IMG/VR virus record: IMGVR_UViG_3300025584_000013
Origin: a virus
Strand: one strand, 5' to 3'
Length of the DNA stretch: 30,276 nt
The notes beneath the pieces are model-generated. The model was not told the origin of the DNA, searched no databases, and was given only the letters and a program-made list of their open reading frames with translations. Both the position numbers and the translations under genes were made by a program. Position 1 is the first letter of the stretch; the number at the start of each line of letters is the position of its first letter. Shown piece by piece: positions 22,602 to 30,276 of this stretch.

Positions 22602-22630
22602 TTGACTTTCTCATTATTTTGTCGTAAGAT
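22602..22630 (+). promoter_or_regulatory. sigma70-like promoter (TAAGATCAA subclass)
   Basis: TTGACT-N17-TAAGAT. Confidence 0.8.
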
Positions 22631-22638
22631 CAAGAGTA

Positions 22639-24873
22639 ATGAGAGAGAAAACCCAAATGAAAAAAATGAAATTATTTAATCCAATGGCACTTCGTGAGAA
22701 GTATTCCAGTAAAAATCTAAACAAGACTAACAATTTTAGTTCATTTTGGTTGGATGAAAATTGGGGTGAAACTCATGATGAAGAAAAGAAAAGTGGAACT
22801 GATTTAATAGCTCTCGCTTCATATAGACGAGCTATTGGAAACTTCGTAAATATTGTAACTGGAAAAGATATTCCCGTTACATTTACAGCACAAGGTGATT
22901 CCTTTACTGATGGTAAGAAAGTTACTATTTCGTCAAAGTTGGATGATAAACTTTTTGATTCAACTGTTGGGTTAGCACTTCACGAAGGTTCTCATATACT
23001 ATTAAGTGATTTTGACTTCCTAAAACAACTTGAAGTTAATATACCAAAAGAATATTTAGATAGAGCTTTCACTAAAGGTTATAGTGAAATGGATTCTAAA
23101 ATTCATATTAAGAATTTATTAAACTTTGTAGAAGATAGACGAATTGATTATCATATATTCAGTAACTCACCTGGATATAAAGGTTACTATCATTCAATGT
23201 ACGAAAAGTATTTTAGAGCAAAAGTAATTGATAAAGCTTTATTGTCTGATGAAATGACCGATGAAAATTGGGATTCATATATTTTTAGAGTTATCAATTT
23301 TACTAATTCAAATACTCGTTTAGATTCATTAAATGGATTAAGAGAGATTTGGAATATACTTGATTTGAAAAATATTTCAAGATTGAAATCAAGTGAAGAT
23401 TCATTCAATGTGGCACTTGAAATGTATCACGTAATTTTAAATAACATTCTTGATGGAATTGAAAAAACTGATGATGAAACTGGTGAAGTTTCTTATGAGA
23501 AAGCAGATGGTAGTGGTTCTACTGATGGTAATAGTGAAAGTGGTGAAAGTGAATCCCGTGAAATGTCTGATGATGAATTTGAAGATTTGTTATCAGCCGT
23601 TGAAAATGGTGATGTAGAATTTAGTGAAGAAAAATCCGGAAATTCTGTATCTGTTCCTATGGATAGTGGTGAAGAATCGGATGAAGATGGGGAAAGTTCT
23701 TCTACTGAAAGTAGTGATGAAAGTGGTGAAGAAGATTCTTCTAATAAAAGTGGTGAAGAAATTGAAACTAAAAAAAGTGAAGTAACACTTTCAGATTCAC
23801 AAAAGAAATCACTTGAAAACGCAATCAAGAAACAAAAGAAATTTATGGATGGAGATATCCAGAAAAAGAAAGTTTCCAAAAAAGATAAAGCTTCCATTGA
23901 CGCTGTTGAAAATAGTGGTATGAGTTATAAAGAAGTTGGTGTAGATTTAACTGATAGGTGGACTGGTAAAAAACTTGGTAAAAAAACCAAATGTATTGTA
24001 GTTAAGAAATTAACCAAAGAACTTATTGAAAGTGGAACTATCAATATGTTAGGTAGAAGTTATCACAATGATACTAACGAAGAATCTATTACAGAAGGTT
24101 TAAGACTTGGAACTATCCTTGGTAGAAAACTTCAAGTTAGAACTGAATCCCGTGAAACAAAATATACCAGAAAAAATACCGGTCGTATTGATAAAAGATT
24201 AATAGCCGAACTTGGATTTGGAAATGATGGTGTATTTAGTCAAACATTTATTGATTCTTTCCCAGACGCTTTCCTTCATATTTCCATTGACGCAAGTGGA
24301 AGTATGTCTGGAGATAAATGGAGAAAAACCATGAAGTCAGTTACTTCTATGGTAAAGGCAATTGATATGATTGAAGGTGTTGATGTGGTTGTTTCTTTTC
24401 GTTCTACTCAGCATAGTTATGGTAGAAGTACTGAAGATTATCCAATTATATTAATCGCTTATGATTCACGTGTAGATAGTTTAGTTAAAGTTAAAACACT
24501 TTGGAAATCCATAAATGTAGCTGGAACTACTCCAGAAGGATTATGTTATGAAGCTGTTATGGATGAAATGGTCGCTGGTGGAACTGATAAAGAATCTTAT
24601 TTCTTAAACTTTTCCGATGGGATGCCAATGTTTAGTAATGGTGTCGTTGATTATTATCATGATACCGCAATCAACCATACTAAATTGATGGTAAAGAAAA
24701 TTAGAGAACGTGGAATAAAAGTTCTTTCATATTACATTGGAGATAGTTATGATGGAAATAGATATATGGGAGATTTCAAAAGAATGTATGGTAAAGATTC
24801 TCAGTTTGTTGATGTAACTTCTGTAACAGCCGTATCAAGAACTATGAACAAAAAATTCTTGGAGAAGAACTAA
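22639..24873 (+). CDS. CobT-like vWA protein: N-terminal HExxH metallopeptidase-like domain, acidic linker, C-terminal vWA
   Basis: ALHEGSHI and NFVEDRRID; S/E/D-rich linker; MIDAS SIDASGSM; GTTPE; NFSDGMP. Confidence 0.88.
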   Translation: MREKTQMKKMKLFNPMALREKYSSKNLNKTNNFSSFWLDENWGETHDEEKKSGTDLIALASYRRAIGNFVNIVTGKDIPVTFTAQGDSFTDGKKVTISSKLDDKLFDSTVGLALHEGSHILLSDFDFLKQLEVNIPKEYLDRAFTKGYSEMDSKIHIKNLLNFVEDRRIDYHIFSNSPGYKGYYHSMYEKYFRAKVIDKALLSDEMTDENWDSYIFRVINFTNSNTRLDSLNGLREIWNILDLKNISRLKSSEDSFNVALEMYHVILNNILDGIEKTDDETGEVSYEKADGSGSTDGNSESGESESREMSDDEFEDLLSAVENGDVEFSEEKSGNSVSVPMDSGEESDEDGESSSTESSDESGEEDSSNKSGEEIETKKSEVTLSDSQKKSLENAIKKQKKFMDGDIQKKKVSKKDKASIDAVENSGMSYKEVGVDLTDRWTGKKLGKKTKCIVVKKLTKELIESGTINMLGRSYHNDTNEESITEGLRLGTILGRKLQVRTESRETKYTRKNTGRIDKRLIAELGFGNDGVFSQTFIDSFPDAFLHISIDASGSMSGDKWRKTMKSVTSMVKAIDMIEGVDVVVSFRSTQHSYGRSTEDYPIILIAYDSRVDSLVKVKTLWKSINVAGTTPEGLCYEAVMDEMVAGGTDKESYFLNFSDGMPMFSNGVVDYYHDTAINHTKLMVKKIRERGIKVLSYYIGDSYDGNRYMGDFKRMYGKDSQFVDVTSVTAVSRTMNKKFLEKN

Positions 24874-24977
24874 TGGAAAAAGTAAAAAATATGTTAATGG
24901 GATTAGTATTAGTAGCTATGATGTATATGTTATTAGTTATAGCATTTATACTTGATGGAGCACCGTTTCATCCCTAA
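24873..24977 (+). CDS. Small single-TM peptide, 34 aa (not in track)
   Basis: MEKVKNMLMGLVLVAMMYMLLVIAFILDGAPFHP*; TAATG-coupled on both sides. Confidence 0.55.
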   Translation: MEKVKNMLMGLVLVAMMYMLLVIAFILDGAPFHP

Positions 24978-25162
24978 TGATTAAGTGGATTTTATCCAAG
25001 TGGTATAAACATTCACCAGATTGTATGTGTGGATATAAGATGAAGCCAACAGATAGAAGAAGAACTGAATCAGAAGATAGTTGGAAATGTATATGGAAAA
25101 AATGTGGTTGGGAAACCTATCAAACTGATAATGGTAAATTCCATTGGACTAAATCAAAATGA
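24977..25162 (+). CDS. Small Cys-rich (Zn-ribbon-like) protein
   Basis: CMCG...CIWKKCGW. Confidence 0.6.
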   Translation: MIKWILSKWYKHSPDCMCGYKMKPTDRRRTESEDSWKCIWKKCGWETYQTDNGKFHWTKSK

Positions 25163-25191
25163 AAAAAAGTGAAAAAAACTTAAAAAAAGCC

Positions 25192-25220
25192 TTGACTTTA
25201 TCAAATATTATTCGTAAGAT
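25192..25220 (+). promoter_or_regulatory. sigma70-like promoter (TAAGATCAA subclass)
   Basis: TTGACT-N17-TAAGAT. Confidence 0.8.
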
Positions 25221-25229
25221 CAAGTAACA

Positions 25230-26432
25230 ATGAGAGATAATGTAACTAACTTAAAAGGAGTCATTCAAATGACAAATACAGTTGTAAAAATAGAAATGTC
25301 GGGTAACCGATTTAACGCTTGGGATATCGATGGTAATAAACTTACCTCGGAAATCTCAACTTCCACTCGTAGAGGAGCGTTTGAAGCCGGAATGGCATTA
25401 GAGAAACGTGAAGGTAAAGGTGGGAGAACTTATTGGTGGAAAGTTCCAATGAGTAAATTTGACGAAGCTTCTGTTCCAGTAATGGATATGAGTTCTGTTG
25501 ATATTCCAAAAGAACATTCAGAAATGTTGAACTTCATTCATAGTTCTTTTAAACTTAAACCTAATGGTTTGGTGATGAAAGAATTGAAGTGGAAATATCT
25601 TGTCCGTTCCGCAGTCCGTGGAAAAAACATTTTAATGACTGGTCCGTCCGGATGTGGTAAAACTATGGCAGCTAAATCGTTGGTAAACGCTTTAGACCGT
25701 CCTGACTTTTACTTTAATCTTGGAGCGACACAGGATCCTCGTTCAACTTTGATTGGTAATACCCACTTTGATAAAAAGAAGGGAACTTACTTTTCAGAAT
25801 CACATTTCGTTTCCGCGATAAAAACTCCAAACGCAGTTATTCTGTTGGATGAATTATCAAGAGCTCACCCCGACGCTTGGAATATTTTAATGACAGTTCT
25901 TGATGAAGGTCAAAGATATCTTCGGTTGGATGAAGCCGATGGAACTGAAACAGTTTCAGTCGCAGAAGGAGTTACATTCGTCGCGACCGCTAACATTGGT
26001 AATGAATACACTTCTACTCGTGTTATGGATAAAGCCTTAATGGACAGATTCACCATCGTAGAAATGGATGTATTGAATAATGAAGAAGAATTGGGATTAC
26101 TATCCTATATGTTTCCTCATGTAGATAATGGATTACTGAAATCAGTTTCGGAAATTGCACATTCAACTCGTGTTGAATCACGAAATGAAACCGGTAGAGT
26201 TTCAAGTGGAATTTCAACCAGAACTTCTGTTGAAATGGCTGGATTACTCTATGATGGATTTGGATTAGATGAAGCAGCTGAAGTTACTGTCTATCCACAA
26301 TACTCTAATGATGGTGGTATGGAATCAGAACGAACTTACGTGAAACAGTTAATACAGAAGTTTGTTACTGATGGTAGTTCTGATGACTTGTTTAATGAAA
26401 GTGAAATCGAAAACTCAGGAGATATTAGTTAG
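25230..26432 (+). CDS. MoxR/CbbQ/CobS-type AAA+ ATPase (start likely ATG 25269)
   Basis: Walker A GPSGCGKT, Walker B ILLDE, ATANIG and arginine finger ALMDRF; AAGGAG SD before 25269. Confidence 0.92.
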   Translation: MRDNVTNLKGVIQMTNTVVKIEMSGNRFNAWDIDGNKLTSEISTSTRRGAFEAGMALEKREGKGGRTYWWKVPMSKFDEASVPVMDMSSVDIPKEHSEMLNFIHSSFKLKPNGLVMKELKWKYLVRSAVRGKNILMTGPSGCGKTMAAKSLVNALDRPDFYFNLGATQDPRSTLIGNTHFDKKKGTYFSESHFVSAIKTPNAVILLDELSRAHPDAWNILMTVLDEGQRYLRLDEADGTETVSVAEGVTFVATANIGNEYTSTRVMDKALMDRFTIVEMDVLNNEEELGLLSYMFPHVDNGLLKSVSEIAHSTRVESRNETGRVSSGISTRTSVEMAGLLYDGFGLDEAAEVTVYPQYSNDGGMESERTYVKQLIQKFVTDGSSDDLFNESEIENSGDIS

Positions 26433-26471
26433 AAAATTTCTTTCTAATTAGAAGAAACTAAAAACGAAGTG

Positions 26472-26503
26472 GTGAAGCTATCAAAATATTTTGATAGTTT
26501 CAC
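26472..26503. other. Perfect 20-bp palindrome within a longer hairpin (terminator or operator)
   Basis: CTATCAAAATATTTTGATAG (26478-26497) flanked by GTGAAG/TTTCAC. Confidence 0.7.
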
Positions 26504-26540
26504 TTTCTCGTATAATATTTAATAATAGGAAATAAAAAAT

Positions 26541-26747
26541 ATGAATAATAAATTAAAACGTTCAATGAAACGATTAACAGAAATGGATGCGTATATGGAT
26601 GACAATATAAGAAATGTTTATATTGATAATATCGTATCTAATTTAAAACGTGGTATTTACCCAAAGGGATCCCTTGAAAGAATCCAGAAACTCATAGAGA
26701 GGCATCAAATTATACTAAAGGCAAAGGAAAAATTAGTTAGGGGTTAA
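26541..26747 (+). CDS. Hypothetical protein
   Basis: AGGA SD. Confidence 0.7.
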   Translation: MNNKLKRSMKRLTEMDAYMDDNIRNVYIDNIVSNLKRGIYPKGSLERIQKLIERHQIILKAKEKLVRG

Positions 26748-26757
26748 TCCCACTAAC

Positions 26758-26797
26758 GTGGGGTGGGTATTTTAAATTCCTTTTTATCTCACCCCAC
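26758..26797 (+). other. Hairpin with an anti-SD loop, related to the 7492 element
   Basis: GTGGGGTGGG/CTCACCCCAC; loop contains ATTCCTTT. Confidence 0.65.
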
Positions 26798-26816
26798 ACT
26801 TTAATAGGAAAATATA

Positions 26817-27113
26817 ATGGATGATTTTTTAATTGACATGAAAAAAAGTTACGATTACCATGAGAGTGCTGGTAATCTGTATAAGGTAAAAAAACTAAGC
26901 ACTCAAATTTTTGAATTTATAAAAATTTCTAAAACTGGTTGGTCAAGTGAAAGTAGAAGTGATTTTGCATTTGTAACAAAATTACAAGAACAATTAATGG
27001 CCGAGGCTAAAATTGGTGGTGGGTTTAAATTAACAAAAAATGAAAAATTAATGTGTAATATTATTTATAAGCGATATAACAACAAGGACCAATACAATGA
27101 AACAAATAATTAA
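26817..27113 (+). CDS. Hypothetical protein
   Basis: AGGA SD. Confidence 0.7.
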   Translation: MDDFLIDMKKSYDYHESAGNLYKVKKLSTQIFEFIKISKTGWSSESRSDFAFVTKLQEQLMAEAKIGGGFKLTKNEKLMCNIIYKRYNNKDQYNETNN

Positions 27114-27774
27114 AGATGTGTTAGATGATATGTCGAGTGGTCAGATTAATTTGGCATCATCAGCGGCAAGAGAACTTGTAGCAACTACAATATCTATAAC
27201 ACTAAAAGAATATGGTAGTTATACTAAATATAGAATAGACACCGCAGGTAACCCAGTAAAACCAATTAATTCATATCTCACTACTGATATGCACAAGTAT
27301 GATTTAGAATCGGATATACAATCTGAAAAAGATAAGTGGGTGTGTAATATATGTGGAGAAAATACACACGATGTAAATTCAGATTATCTTGGAACTGAGT
27401 TTAATCACCTTGAGTGTGAATTAAAATTAGAAGATTGGGTATGTGATTACTGTGATGAATCTACTCACGATAGAGACTTAGATCCCGTTGTATCGAGAAC
27501 ACGACATCTAAAATGTCAGTTAGAATACGAACGTGAAAATGGGGAACGGTATACTGAAGAAACTAATAGACCTGCGGATGAGATAATTGATAATTCACTT
27601 TCTAATGATGGTAAATATATTTACGAATCACCAGATAGTGGCAAGACAGTTTTTCGTAGACCATTTGGTGATTATACACTAGAACATAAAGAAGAAATAG
27701 ATTGGGAAACCAAAGAACCAACTGGTAGATTGTTTACTGATTACAATAATGGAGGGTGGAATGATGAAAGATAA
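27097..27774 (+). CDS. Hypothetical protein with two tandem CxxC...HLxC zinc-binding repeats
   Basis: WVCNICGENTHD...HLEC and WVCDYCDESTHD...HLKC. Confidence 0.75.
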   Translation: MKQIIKDVLDDMSSGQINLASSAARELVATTISITLKEYGSYTKYRIDTAGNPVKPINSYLTTDMHKYDLESDIQSEKDKWVCNICGENTHDVNSDYLGTEFNHLECELKLEDWVCDYCDESTHDRDLDPVVSRTRHLKCQLEYERENGERYTEETNRPADEIIDNSLSNDGKYIYESPDSGKTVFRRPFGDYTLEHKEEIDWETKEPTGRLFTDYNNGGWNDER

Positions 27775-27931
27775 ATGTGTTAGTTGTGATTGTGAAACTT
27801 TATATGATAAAGATACTCATATAGATAACCGATTAGGATATGTAGAAGGAGCAGGTCAACTTTGTTTGGATTGCTATGATAAAATTTACAGAACAAAACA
27901 GAATAAGGATAGTAAAAATGAAAATGAATAG
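27749..27931 (+). CDS. Small CxxC...CxxC phage protein (start likely the second or third Met)
   Basis: CVSC...GYVEGAGQLCLDC. Confidence 0.75.
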   Translation: MEGGMMKDKCVSCDCETLYDKDTHIDNRLGYVEGAGQLCLDCYDKIYRTKQNKDSKNENE

Positions 27932-28229
27932 ATGGTCAGGTTATACTAAGTATATTGTAATGGTGGATGGTGTAGTTGAAGCAATAGCAACTTATCCCGC
28001 ATATATGGATTTTAAAAGAGTAAAGCTTGCTCTAACCCAAATATCGAAAGATGATAGTGGTGTATATTTATATGAAGGAGATAGGTATAAACAACCTATC
28101 ACTCAATCACGAGCTTTACAAATCTTAATGAAGATAGAAGAATGTAAATGGGACGATGGTATTAGAACTGTCGCAAAACAAATAAAGGCCAGTAATATGT
28201 TATCACCTCTTAAACGCGGGAGAAATTAG
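27876..28229 (+). CDS. Hypothetical protein (true start probably a later Met)
   Basis: Abuts the next gene. Confidence 0.65.
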   Translation: MIKFTEQNRIRIVKMKMNRWSGYTKYIVMVDGVVEAIATYPAYMDFKRVKLALTQISKDDSGVYLYEGDRYKQPITQSRALQILMKIEECKWDDGIRTVAKQIKASNMLSPLKRGRN

Positions 28230-28616
28230 ATGGGTAAACAAGTAAAAAAATATGGTTATTCATGTGAACTTATAAGAGTTGTGGACGGAGATACATGCGA
28301 CGCTTACATTTCATTAGGATTTGATGTAAGGGTCAAAAAGAGAATAAGATTTTACGGTGTTGATGCTTGGGAAAGTAGAACACGAGATTTAGAAGAAAAG
28401 AAATTGGGTTTAGCCGCGAAGGCATTTGTCAAAGACCTTTTAGAAAATTCTGATGATGGTAAGTTTTCAATTATATCACATGGAACTGGTAAGTATGGTA
28501 GAGTTCTCGGAGAGTTGTTTGTTAAAGGACACGATACTTCAGTAAATGAATTATTAAAAGAACATGGACACGCATACGAATATCATGGTGAAAAGAAAAA
28601 AGTATTTGGAAGTTAA
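28230..28616 (+). CDS. Thermonuclease/SNase-like nuclease
   Basis: RVVDGDT, IRFYGVDAWE and GKYGRVL motifs. Confidence 0.9.
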   Translation: MGKQVKKYGYSCELIRVVDGDTCDAYISLGFDVRVKKRIRFYGVDAWESRTRDLEEKKLGLAAKAFVKDLLENSDDGKFSIISHGTGKYGRVLGELFVKGHDTSVNELLKEHGHAYEYHGEKKKVFGS

Positions 28617-29789
28617 ATGAAAAAATATAAAGACATATCAGAAATAGAAGAAGGTTGGGGTGACTTTAAAGATGCTGTAAGTGGTGGTCAGACTCAAGCA
28701 GATTGGGTAGATCCAAATGGTAAATTGTATAAAGTTAAAGACACTCATATGGAGTTTGTAGCGAGACACCCAAAGTTATTTAAAACTGAAATTGGAACTT
28801 TAAAACGAATCTTTGATAAACATAGTGAGGTATTTCCGAAACAAGAGAATAAAGCTCGCATAGAAATCCTAACCAAGATAGTAAAAAGAGGTTGGATACG
28901 AACCCGATACAGACCAAGAGAAGGTGCGTGGACATTGGAAACTTACAAGTGGGGAACTCGTGAAATTAAAGCAGCTCGTAAGTGGGCAAAGGTAAAGTCC
29001 GGTGGTAATACCCAATTTAGAATAAACTTTGTATCAACATCTAAACAAAAATTGATAGGACATTCATTTAGTATAGATTTGATAAAGAGTAAAGGTAATG
29101 ATGTATTTGAAGCATGGATGAAAGAAATAATGGAAATCACAGAAAACGTTAATTTACAAGAAAGTTCTTTAAGTAGAATTTGGAAGCACGCCCAACTTCA
29201 CCAAACTGGAACCATAACTGCATTTAGATATGCTCGTGATTGTGGTGAAGGTACGGTGTATACGAAAGGTGAAAATAAAGCAAGAAATAAAAAGTTGGAA
29301 TCAAAATTATTAAGTAAGGGGTATGGTATTACTAAAATACAGGGAATTTATATTGAGAATTATAAATCTAATAATGAGATTGAAGTTAAAGAAGAATCAT
29401 TTTTTGTGGTGGATTTAAAAGATAATAAAAAACTATTATTGAATTTAAAAAAATTAGGTAGAGAATTTGATCAAGATAGTATTTGCTTTGGATTACATGG
29501 TGGCAAAAGATATACTGTATTTGGAACTAATGATTGTCCAAATGCATATCCTGGAAAAGGTAAAAATATAAAACTAGGAGATGCTATTTTTGGAAACAGT
29601 GGTAAATTTATGTCGAAAGTAAACGGTAGACCGTTTATATTTAATGGATCAGTTAAAACTAAATTACCAGAAATGATAACCTATGAATCATTATCTATAC
29701 AGTCAAAAGAAGTAGTAGATAAAATATCAAATACTACTTGGGAAAGTTTTTATGTATCCAATAAGGATATTTTAGAAAATGAAAAATAA
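28617..29789 (+). CDS. Conserved large-phage hypothetical protein (ESSLSR...ITAFR...EESFFV...FDQDS C-terminal domain)
   Basis: 390-aa ORF; C-terminal pattern reminiscent of DUF3293-like families (unverified). Confidence 0.7.
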   Translation: MKKYKDISEIEEGWGDFKDAVSGGQTQADWVDPNGKLYKVKDTHMEFVARHPKLFKTEIGTLKRIFDKHSEVFPKQENKARIEILTKIVKRGWIRTRYRPREGAWTLETYKWGTREIKAARKWAKVKSGGNTQFRINFVSTSKQKLIGHSFSIDLIKSKGNDVFEAWMKEIMEITENVNLQESSLSRIWKHAQLHQTGTITAFRYARDCGEGTVYTKGENKARNKKLESKLLSKGYGITKIQGIYIENYKSNNEIEVKEESFFVVDLKDNKKLLLNLKKLGREFDQDSICFGLHGGKRYTVFGTNDCPNAYPGKGKNIKLGDAIFGNSGKFMSKVNGRPFIFNGSVKTKLPEMITYESLSIQSKEVVDKISNTTWESFYVSNKDILENEK

Positions 29790-30036
29790 AAAGAAATCAA
29801 TAACAAGTAAAATTAAAAAGTATTCATTAGTTAATATAATTGAGAATGATTATAAACAAAATAAACTGAACAAGAGGAAAACTGGTATTAGTTAGTACAA
29901 ATCTCTGGGGAAAGAGAACAAGACATAGAAAAGAACAAGACCGTGACTTGGTAGAGGCACAAAATTTGGTTGTAATAAACATTCAAAAAAACGTTATAAA
30001 AAAGATATAGAGGTCAAAGTAAATGAGACAGCGTGA
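29779..30036 (+). pseudogene. Frameshifted hypothetical gene (extra A in the run near 29877-29881)
   Basis: MKNKKK...KLNKRK continues as LVLVSTNLWGKRTR...NETA* after removing one A. Confidence 0.55.
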
Positions 30037-30175
30037 TTGGTATGGTAATGTTAAATCTATTAAACCTAAGACGGATAAAGAAATAGATTCAGAAACAAAA
30101 TGGATTATTATAAAGTGTGGATTAGCTTTAATAGTTGCCGGATTATATATGTATTTTATAATCTCGGGAGGATAA
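30023..30175 (+). CDS. Small protein with a C-terminal TM helix, 50 aa (not in track)
   Basis: MRQRDWYG...CGLALIVAGLYMYFIISGG*. Confidence 0.6.
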   Translation: MRQRDWYGNVKSIKPKTDKEIDSETKWIIIKCGLALIVAGLYMYFIISGG

Positions 30176-30180
30176 TATAA

Positions 30181-30276
30181 ATGAATAAGTATAAGGTTAT
30201 AAAAGATTACCCAACATCTAATGGTATTCTATATAAGAATGAGTTAGTTAAAGAAGATGGTAATTCTACTTTGAAA
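30181..30276 (+). CDS. 3'-partial hypothetical protein
   Basis: GGAGG SD; MNKYKVIKDYPT... runs off the window. Confidence 0.65.
   Translation, partial: MNKYKVIKDYPTSNGILYKNELVKEDGNSTLK

Noticed and set aside
33-29140. Minus-strand ORFs of the track (e.g. 33-260, 1764-2021, 7821-8234, 19228-19548, 23493-23897, 28943-29140) and 273-617(+)
   Set aside because: They are shadows of better-supported + strand genes, with no SD, no minus-strand promoters and no recognisable motifs.
1-30276. Stop-codon reassignment or suppressor tRNA
   Set aside because: TAG, TGA and TAA all end genes at expected domain boundaries, gene density is high under the standard code, and there is no CTA/TCA/TTA-anticodon tRNA.

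Overview
AT-rich (roughly 30% GC by eye) fragment of a large dsDNA phage genome, with essentially all real genes on the + strand and standard stop-codon usage. Layout from left to right: (i) 1-3100 holds a few small genes and a largely non-coding zone of short tandem repeats. (ii) 3100-8340 is an early-type module of small ORFs, most behind near-identical sigma70-like promoter/RBS cassettes, and includes a sigma70-region-4-only protein. (iii) 8581-10892 is an excisionase-like HTH gene split by a ~2.09-kb glycosylation-cluster fragment whose two end genes are truncated. (iv) 11000-13900 holds small genes, a DUF2452-like protein, a metallophosphoesterase and a PD-(D/E)XK-like protein. (v) 14214-18203 is a tRNA array: 12 near-canonical tRNAs, 2 mispaired and apparently chimeric tRNAs bracketing a cupin + cytidylyltransferase cassette, one 8/4-type tRNA-Ser, a D-armless tRNA-like RNA, a 3' tRNA remnant and two endonuclease ORFs. 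(vi) 18223-21938 holds a YkuK RNase H-like gene, phoH, PC4, an IscA-family gene and an HNH-like gene. (vii) 22137-26432 holds an HExxH-vWA protein and a MoxR-type AAA+ partner. (viii) The remainder is small genes plus an SNase-like nuclease. The most notable unexplained signals are the split HTH gene, the chimeric tRNAs, the non-canonical tRNA-like RNAs and a family of GGGGTGG...ATTCCTTT...CACCCCAC hairpins with anti-Shine-Dalgarno loops. All product calls come from motif recognition by eye; no database search was run.
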